In this document: piece after piece, positions 54,354-60,421 of the stretch | Numbering within the stretch: the first letter of the stretch is position 1 | Layout of the letters: each line of letters starts with the position of its first letter | From: an uncultured Chroococcidiopsis sp. | GTDB lineage: Bacteria; Cyanobacteriota; Cyanobacteriia; Cyanobacteriales; Chroococcidiopsidaceae | Assembly (NCBI GenBank): GCA_964248365.1 | Contig: CAXTYC010000031.1 | Coordinates: 1-60,421, forward strand | Direction: 5' to 3' | Length of the DNA: 60,421 nucleotides | The notes under the pieces: generated by a model | Seen by the model: only the letters and a program-made list of their open reading frames with translations | Database searches by the model: none | Told to the model about the DNA's origin: nothing | Position numbers and translations under genes: made by a program

Positions 54354-54809
54354 ATGGAGAGCCTCTACGAAACCGATTTCTATGCTTGGGTTCAGGAACA
54401 AGTCAAGTTTCTCCGTCATCACCAATGGAGCCAGCTTGATCTGCCCAATTTAATCGAGGAGATTGAATCGTTGGGAAAACAGCAACGTGCAGAACTGAGA
54501 AGTCGCTTGAAAGTGTTAATTGGACACTTGCTGAAATGGGAATATCAGTTAGAACGACGAAGCCGTAGCTGGTTAATGACGATTCGTGTCCAGCGTCGTG
54601 ATACTCAAGAACTGCTAGAGGAAAATCCTAGCCTCAAACCTTATCTTCGGGAAGCACTTCAAAAAGTATATGAAAGTGGCAGAGATTTAGCTGTGGGAGA
54701 AACTAATCTTCCGCTAAAAACCTTTCCCCAAGATTGTCCTTATACATTGGAGGAAATTTTGAGCGATCGCTTCTATCCTGGTGCTGCAACGGATGAATTG
54801 ATGGAATAA
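54354..54809 (+). CDS. DUF29 family protein
   Basis: LYETDFYAW, NLIEEIESLG, HLLKW, NPSLK, FP..CPY. Confidence 0.9.
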   Translation: MESLYETDFYAWVQEQVKFLRHHQWSQLDLPNLIEEIESLGKQQRAELRSRLKVLIGHLLKWEYQLERRSRSWLMTIRVQRRDTQELLEENPSLKPYLREALQKVYESGRDLAVGETNLPLKTFPQDCPYTLEEILSDRFYPGAATDELME

Positions 54810-54880
54810 TTGGGTTTCATACTGCAACCTAATCTACAGGTGATCGGCAGTACTCAATTTACAAAACAGCGATTACAGGT

Positions 54881-55386
54881 TTAAAATAGTGTGTTCTGAC
54901 GTTTTAAAACACCTTCATGTTGAATACCTGGAACTAATACAATCCCATATCGCTCCTCATCAGTTCTTTGCTCAAATTCTGCGTCATCCAAATCTCATCC
55001 GCTTCATTCACAGATAATTGATCGACACCAAGGTTATAAGCAAGTACATAAATAACATAATTCCCAACTGGTACATCAATCCATGCTATGTCTTCAATGG
55101 GACTAGCTATAACAATTTGACCTGATTCAATCACAATATTGAATGCCAATGCCCAAGCGCAATCATCAAAATCTGGTTGGCGATCGCTAAGATATACGTT
55201 CAACCAGTGGTCATTAGAATCAGCGCGTGTTCCTAGATAAACTGTTTTTCCATTTGAGATATAACCTCTTTTAGCATGATCGTCTGCCATCCAATTGAGT
55301 GATTTTTCAAAAAGGTCTGCCTGGGCATCAGAAATATAGAACTGATAGTGATCGGCAAATATTCTCCCTGAAAAAAGTTTGTTCAT
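54881..55386 (-). pseudogene. Hypothetical ComJ/immunity-like protein, probably frameshifted near 54990
   Basis: FADHYQFYISD N-terminus; a more protein-like C-terminus LDDAEFEQRTDEERYGIVLVPG..EGVLK lies in another frame, ending at 54881. Confidence 0.5.
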
Positions 55387-55518
55387 TTTTACTTGTGCTA
55401 TTGGATGATAAAGTGGATGTGGAGTGATATCCTACTACTAAGCTCCGAAACTAGGCTTTAGCTAGAATACGATTGTGCAAGCGTATATCTGTCCAATCAC
55501 TAAAATTGGGAATGCCTT

Positions 55519-56085
55519 ATGTCTCAGTCTGCCGTCAATACCATTCGCTGGACGAGTGCTGATCTAGAGTTGCTACAAGCGGATGAATGGAAGCGATACG
55601 AAATCGTTGACGGAGAACTATTTGTGACACGCGCACCTCACATCGGTCATCAAGATGCTGTTGGACGGATTTATGCACGACTACTTCTTTGGTCAGAAGA
55701 GACAGGGTTAGGAAAACCATTCATTACGCCTGGTGTAATTTTTACCGATACTGATAATGTGATTCCCGATGTGATTTGGATTAGTCAAAAGCGTTTAGCG
55801 ACGATTGTTGATGATGAAGGACATTTGACGGCTGCACCAGAGCTAATTGTCGAAGTGCTGTCTTCCGGTAGCACAAATGAGCGACGTGACCGAGAAGCAA
55901 AACTAAAGCTTTATTCTATTAAAGGAGTGCATGAGTATTGGATTGTTGATTGGCGATCGCGGATGGTGGAAATTTACCGTCGGGAAAACGCGCAACTTCA
56001 AGCGGTAAGTACACTGTTTGCTACCGATGCCATCACATCCCCACTCTTACCAGGATTTGAGTGCAAAATTGAACGATTTTTTTGA
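55519..56085 (+). CDS. Uma2 family protein
   Basis: WTSADLELL, YEIVDGEL, PELIVEVLS, GVHEYWIVD. Confidence 0.9.
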   Translation: MSQSAVNTIRWTSADLELLQADEWKRYEIVDGELFVTRAPHIGHQDAVGRIYARLLLWSEETGLGKPFITPGVIFTDTDNVIPDVIWISQKRLATIVDDEGHLTAAPELIVEVLSSGSTNERRDREAKLKLYSIKGVHEYWIVDWRSRMVEIYRRENAQLQAVSTLFATDAITSPLLPGFECKIERFF

Positions 56086-56110
56086 TTTTTACAAGTAATC
56101 TTATTAAAAT

Positions 56111-56749
56111 TTAATTCTCCCTCGCCAAGAGCTGCCTTAGCTGTCGAATAGCAATACTACTATTGCGCTCGGAGGCAATTTGAAAACACTTTTGCATAGC
56201 CTCTGACACATTAATATTAGGAAAATAGCGGCTGCTGGTTTCAACAATGTAGCGATCGCCCTGCAACTGGTAAATTACAATCTTGTTCTTTTTTAATAAC
56301 CATACTTCCGGCACTTGATAAGGCAGGTAGTCATTCACGTCAGTATAGCTGGTTATGTCTACCTCAATCACCAAATCAGGAGATGGATCGATGCCCCAAT
56401 TGATGCGGTTTTTGCCTGCAACCGCCCCCCAGTTTTCGATATAAAAGCAATAATCCGGTTCAATGCCACTTTGTTCTGGCAGTTCCAACGTTATTGGAGT
56501 AAATGCCTCGTATTCTTGCTCCAAGTGATCTAGTAGAACTGTGACGACATTGGCAGCTAGATGAGCCTTACGCCCGTGTTCGGGTAAAGGAGCCATTAAC
56601 AGAATCTCTCCAGGTCGATACTTGATGCGCGGGATTGAGCGATCGCCCAGTTGCTGACTCAATGCCCGATACTCCTGCCAACTGCCCAGTAGCCTTACTA
56701 CGGCTCCACCAGGTAACTCGATTTTCTCTGGGGTAACAACAGCAAACAT
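56111..56749 (-). CDS. Uma2 family protein
   Basis: GSWQEY, EPDYCFY, PDLVIEVD, VPEVW; start MFAVVT after GGAGG. Confidence 0.88.
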   Translation of the reverse strand: MFAVVTPEKIELPGGAVVRLLGSWQEYRALSQQLGDRSIPRIKYRPGEILLMAPLPEHGRKAHLAANVVTVLLDHLEQEYEAFTPITLELPEQSGIEPDYCFYIENWGAVAGKNRINWGIDPSPDLVIEVDITSYTDVNDYLPYQVPEVWLLKKNKIVIYQLQGDRYIVETSSRYFPNINVSEAMQKCFQIASERNSSIAIRQLRQLLAREN

Positions 56750-56964
56750 TAAACTTACACCTCCACCTTTACTGTAATGCTCATATCGTAAAGAGCGCGA
56801 TTTAAATGTAAACAAAAAGATAGCGTTGCACATCAACAGACAGTCTTCTTTGTTTTTCTTAGCGCCTCCGCGTCTTTGCGTGACACTATACAATCTCCTC
56901 CGACTGCATAAAAATCAGAAGCAACTACTAATTAAAAGAATAAGGATAACAAAGGTAGGTTGTT

Positions 56965-58167
56965 ATGCAGTCTTTACAGCAGGAATTAAAGGAGGGCGAT
57001 GTGGGCGAGCGCCCGCATCTGGTTTCACCAGATCGCACTAACATAGCAGCAGAACTGGCACAAGATTGGCGATCGGGTCTTGCTTGTGAATGTCCCAATA
57101 CAAGCGTAACCACTAGGGAAAGTATTATTTGCTGGCTACTTGGCAATGACTTAGAGCGATTTGAAAGACTCGATTCAAAGCAGTTAGCACTTACATCGCA
57201 AGCGATGGCATATCGTTTTCGCATCTTACAACAGCGTTACCTGGGAGTTGCGCCAAAGCAGGCTTATCGCCATCTAACTAATCGATTGGGGAGTTTAGTG
57301 CTACTGCGAAATAAAATTCGCGCTCTTTCAAGCTTCAGTCACGATCGCGCCTCTACATTTGCGGATGTTTTACAAGACTTAATTCAAGAATTATTGCAAC
57401 GCGATCGCTATATGCAACAGCAAATGGTATACATCGCCCAGTGTACTAATGATGCCAGACTACGCACGGCTTTGCTGCTTGCCACAACTGAAGAGTATTG
57501 TTTACGCCCAATTCGGAATCAACCCCTAGTCATGTATCGCTTTGTCACCTACCTGCGGCGTAAACAGCAAGGAGGAGTAACGCAAGTGAGCGATCAAACC
57601 TCGCTCCGACTATATTCTCACGAACTTCTCACAGATGATAGTGACAATACATTTAGTTTTTTAGATGCCCAAGCACTTGCAGCGTATCAAGATACACGAG
57701 CATGGTCAGAAAAACTTGCCCTGCGGCAGATAGTAAAGCAGGAATTTTCTAATTATCTGGCACAGCACATCGGAGAAAATGCAGTGCAGTGGCTACATTT
57801 ATATCTTCAGGGCAAATCCCAAGAGGCGATCGCCCGACGGTTAAATTTGTCTGTCAAAGAAATCTATCGACTGCGAGAAAAAATTAGTTATCATGCGGTG
57901 CGGGTGTTTGGACTAAAACATCAATCCCAACTGGTAAGTAGCTGGTTAGAAACTTCGTTGCAAGAACACGGTTTTGGGTTGACTGAGCAACAATGGCAGC
58001 AATTTTGGCAGAAATTGACACCGCGACAGCGCCAAGTGATTGAATTGAAAAAAGCTGGAAGAAGTATCCCCGCAATCGCCTCTATATTGAACAGCAAAAT
58101 CAATCAAATCACCAATGATTGGTATCAGCTTTGTCTGGCAGCCCATGCTTTGCGCGCCCAGGGGTAA
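56965..58167 (+). CDS. HetZ-related protein with C-terminal HTH
   Basis: WLLG.D..R, YRFRILQQRYL, EEYCLRPIRNQPL, WL.LYLQGKSQEAIA..L. Confidence 0.78.
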   Translation: MQSLQQELKEGDVGERPHLVSPDRTNIAAELAQDWRSGLACECPNTSVTTRESIICWLLGNDLERFERLDSKQLALTSQAMAYRFRILQQRYLGVAPKQAYRHLTNRLGSLVLLRNKIRALSSFSHDRASTFADVLQDLIQELLQRDRYMQQQMVYIAQCTNDARLRTALLLATTEEYCLRPIRNQPLVMYRFVTYLRRKQQGGVTQVSDQTSLRLYSHELLTDDSDNTFSFLDAQALAAYQDTRAWSEKLALRQIVKQEFSNYLAQHIGENAVQWLHLYLQGKSQEAIARRLNLSVKEIYRLREKISYHAVRVFGLKHQSQLVSSWLETSLQEHGFGLTEQQWQQFWQKLTPRQRQVIELKKAGRSIPAIASILNSKINQITNDWYQLCLAAHALRAQG

Positions 58168-58259
58168 TACGATTTTTAACGCCCAGATTTTAGAATTGTA
58201 GAGATGCGATCGAGAGCGTGTCTCTACCTGGCGGTTATTTTAGCTTTTAATTCCCAAAA

Positions 58260-58691
58260 ATGCCTTTTATTTATCAACGCACTGTTCGTTTTCAAGACAC
58301 TGATGCAGCTGGAGTTGTCTACTTCGCTAATGTTTTGGCAATGTGCCACGAAGCTTATGAAGAATCACTAGCAGCATCAAATATTAATCTCAAGTTATTT
58401 TTCAATAATCCAGATGTTGCTATTCCTATTGTTCATGCAAGTGTTGATTTTTCGCGCCCTATGTTTTGCGGAGAGCGAGTTACTATTCACTTAAATACTC
58501 ACCAATTAGGTATTGATAAATTTGAAATTAATTATATAATTATTACCCAGAATAACCAGATTGCTCAGGCACTTACTAGGCACGTCTGTATTAATCCAGT
58601 TAGTAGAAATCGACAAGAGTTGCCTAATGAAATGTTGCAATGGTTTGAGCATTTAAGAAATGAACGAACAGGGGATGTACAGATTCAATAG
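58260..58691 (+). CDS. Hotdog-fold acyl-CoA thioesterase (DHNA-CoA hydrolase-like)
   Basis: VRFQDTDAAGVVYFAN, CHEAYE, PIVHASVDF. Confidence 0.88.
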   Translation: MPFIYQRTVRFQDTDAAGVVYFANVLAMCHEAYEESLAASNINLKLFFNNPDVAIPIVHASVDFSRPMFCGERVTIHLNTHQLGIDKFEINYIIITQNNQIAQALTRHVCINPVSRNRQELPNEMLQWFEHLRNERTGDVQIQ

Positions 58692-58764
58692 GGAGTAGCG
58701 CGAAGTCTGAGCGGAGGTTTCCTCCGATCAGAACGAGGTAAGAGAGAGAGCAGTTCGTTTTGGA

Positions 58765-58801
58765 GTAGCTCACCCACCCGTATTCGGGGTGGGATTGAAA
58801 T
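58765..58801 (+). repeat. Solitary CRISPR-repeat-like sequence
   Basis: 37-nt GTAGCTCACCCACCCGTATTCGGGGTGGGATTGAAAT: GT start, CCCACCC/GGGTGGG stem, ATTGAAA-type 3' end. Confidence 0.45.
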
Positions 58802-59443
58802 ATCGAATTATTATGTCTGGTTGCAAGCAATCTCGACCGTATTGTTTGTTTTTTAGTGTTCCTTAAACCCACAACGCGCATTTTTTTTGGTAAGGTTAGC
58901 TTGAAAATAAAAATTCAGCCCTCTCATCCAGATCTCTGGTTCTAGGCAGATAAACTCCAAAACAGGGCTGGATTTGTATTTTTTGCGCTAGATTTGTACA
59001 TCCAAAACGAACTACTCCCGAATCCCTACTCCCTATCTTGTAAGTAGAGAAAAGAGAGTAAGTAAGGTGAGATATTTATGCTTTTTGCTTATTGTTAAAA
59101 ACAATGCTGAATTTGGGCGTGTATTTAATGGGTAATTTGAGCCAATATCTTGTTACTTTTAGACGACTTAGCAAAAACCCTGGTTGAGAAAGCCTGACAC
59201 AAAAATTGTACCTTGTCTTGCCTGATTTATCGCGGTTGGATTTGAAAAATCAAGCAATTTATGGCAGCGAGGCATTACCCAATCCGCTCACACTACTTAC
59301 TAATGCTACTTATGGATTGGTTTATACAGTGTTAGTGTTAGCGATGGCGATCATTATTTTCTTGCAGCGTGAGTTTTAAAGTTTGGGAGTAGGGGAGATG
59401 TCTTGCCTCATTTTTACTCCCACTTGCTTGTCACTTGGTGAAT

Positions 59444-60083
59444 TTAACGTTGTGGAGCCTTGTCAAAAGTGGGAGCTATAGCATTCCATGCTAGGGGTGC
59501 GTTTCATTTGGTCATCAAGTGGCAAGGGGTACAAGGAACGACGCTAAATTTGTCAGACCGTGTTTTAGGGTTATGGGTGATGTAGTCGGAATGGTTGAGT
59601 TTGACGTGGGACAAATTTAGACAGGTTTATGCTAGGGGGACGGACTGGCAGACCATCTTTTCGCGGATGATTCTGTGTTAGCCAAGTATATTGATCGCTT
59701 AGTCCAAATGTAGTGATAGCAATTACTGCTGGCTCATCTAGGACTACTGAAAGAAAATCCTCGTAAACACCTGCAACAACGCGATCGCGCGTAGTAATAT
59801 CTTTTGGTAGCGAGAGCGTCTCCCACATCCATCTGAGTAATTATAATTTTCAAACCGAGATCTGCTATATCTTTTAGGAAAGATCGCAACGCCTGTGATG
59901 TAAATTTTTACATTTCCAGCCAGAGGAGCCTGTAAGCCGAAAGCATGAACAGGTACATTCCGCGATTTCAAGTACAAGAGAAGCTTAAGTGCCACTGCTG
60001 TTTTTGCATCTTGATTGTCATACTCAAATCCATAGTCGTTGTACACCAACATTGCTTTAGGATCGGCTTGTGCTGCTGTGCGC
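59444..60083 (-). pseudogene. GH10 endo-1,4-beta-xylanase pseudogene (C-terminal half, several frameshifts, one insertion)
   Basis: ADPKAMLVYNDYG, VPVHAFGLQA, LGLKIIITQMDV (nucleophile E to Q), FGLSDQYTWL, VRP/LPLD spread over several frames. Confidence 0.85.
59529..59639. mobile_element. 111-bp non-coding insertion with internal inverted repeat, interrupting the GH10 remnant
   Basis: CTAAATTTGTC (59544-59554) / GACAAATTTAG (59610-59620); G-runs at both junctions; removal rejoins ..LPVRP|LPLDDQMKR. Confidence 0.75.
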
Positions 60084-60421
60084 GAGGGAAGGAGAAGAAA
60101 AATAATGGCAAAAGAGGCGAGGAGCGGGAAAAATATTGTCAGCCCTCTTTAAGGGAATCCGGTGAACCCTCTAAAAATAGAGTCAGCCAACAAATGCGAT
60201 CCCTCGTCACTAGCAGATAACCTCCAGTACTCAGCTAGCCTCTATTTTTAGAACGGAAAATCTAGGGAAGGACTGGACTTTATGAGTGAAAGGAAGCTTG
60301 AAATAAAAATTTCACCGTGTTTTCGGGTGATATACGGGGATTATGAGCAATCTTTTGCTCCCCTAGCTCCCCCTAGCTCCCCTTGCTCCCTCTCAAGGTA
60401 TCCACCGAGGGCGGAAACCAG

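Noticed and set aside
60148..60170. AAGGGAATCCGGTG as a cobalamin riboswitch
   Set aside because: The following AATCCGG stem and the B12 box are absent.

Overview
Cyanobacterial chromosomal segment: the HIP1 octamer GCGATCGC is frequent, and psbK, psaM, pipX-pipY-sepF-proC and a HetZ-related gene are present. Heptamer STRR arrays suggest a Nostocales/Chroococcidiopsidales-like lineage. The window opens with a small type I-B-like CRISPR array (three near-identical 36-bp repeats, one divergent first repeat, no intact cas genes in view). A ~12-kb convergent galactose/galactofuranose cluster follows (GT4-Glf fusion, GH1-RmlD fusion, DUF2341/glycosidase, galK, M24-fold protein, galT, GH2). A mobile-DNA remnant lies at 15.6-16.55 kb: the 5' half of a group II intron sits directly after the ATG-GAA of an apparent IS200/IS605 gene and is fused to an oppositely oriented, truncated tnpB. 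The rest is mostly housekeeping (hpnI, mtnA, dxs, cobS, tgt, pcrA, der, ecfT, pabB-like, acpS, Ski2-like helicase). Uma2/DUF29 paralogs, a MazEF pair, a DUF6888/DUF6887 pair, a copper-radical oxidase/Tat-protein pair and several pseudogene fragments are interspersed. Small mobile repeats are everywhere, including in-frame inside genes: STRRs, REP palindromes, a 21-nt insert in a HIP1 site, and a 111-bp precisely removable element in a GH10 pseudogene. There is also a solitary CRISPR-like repeat near 58.8 kb. All family assignments come from motif recognition by eye; no database searches were run.
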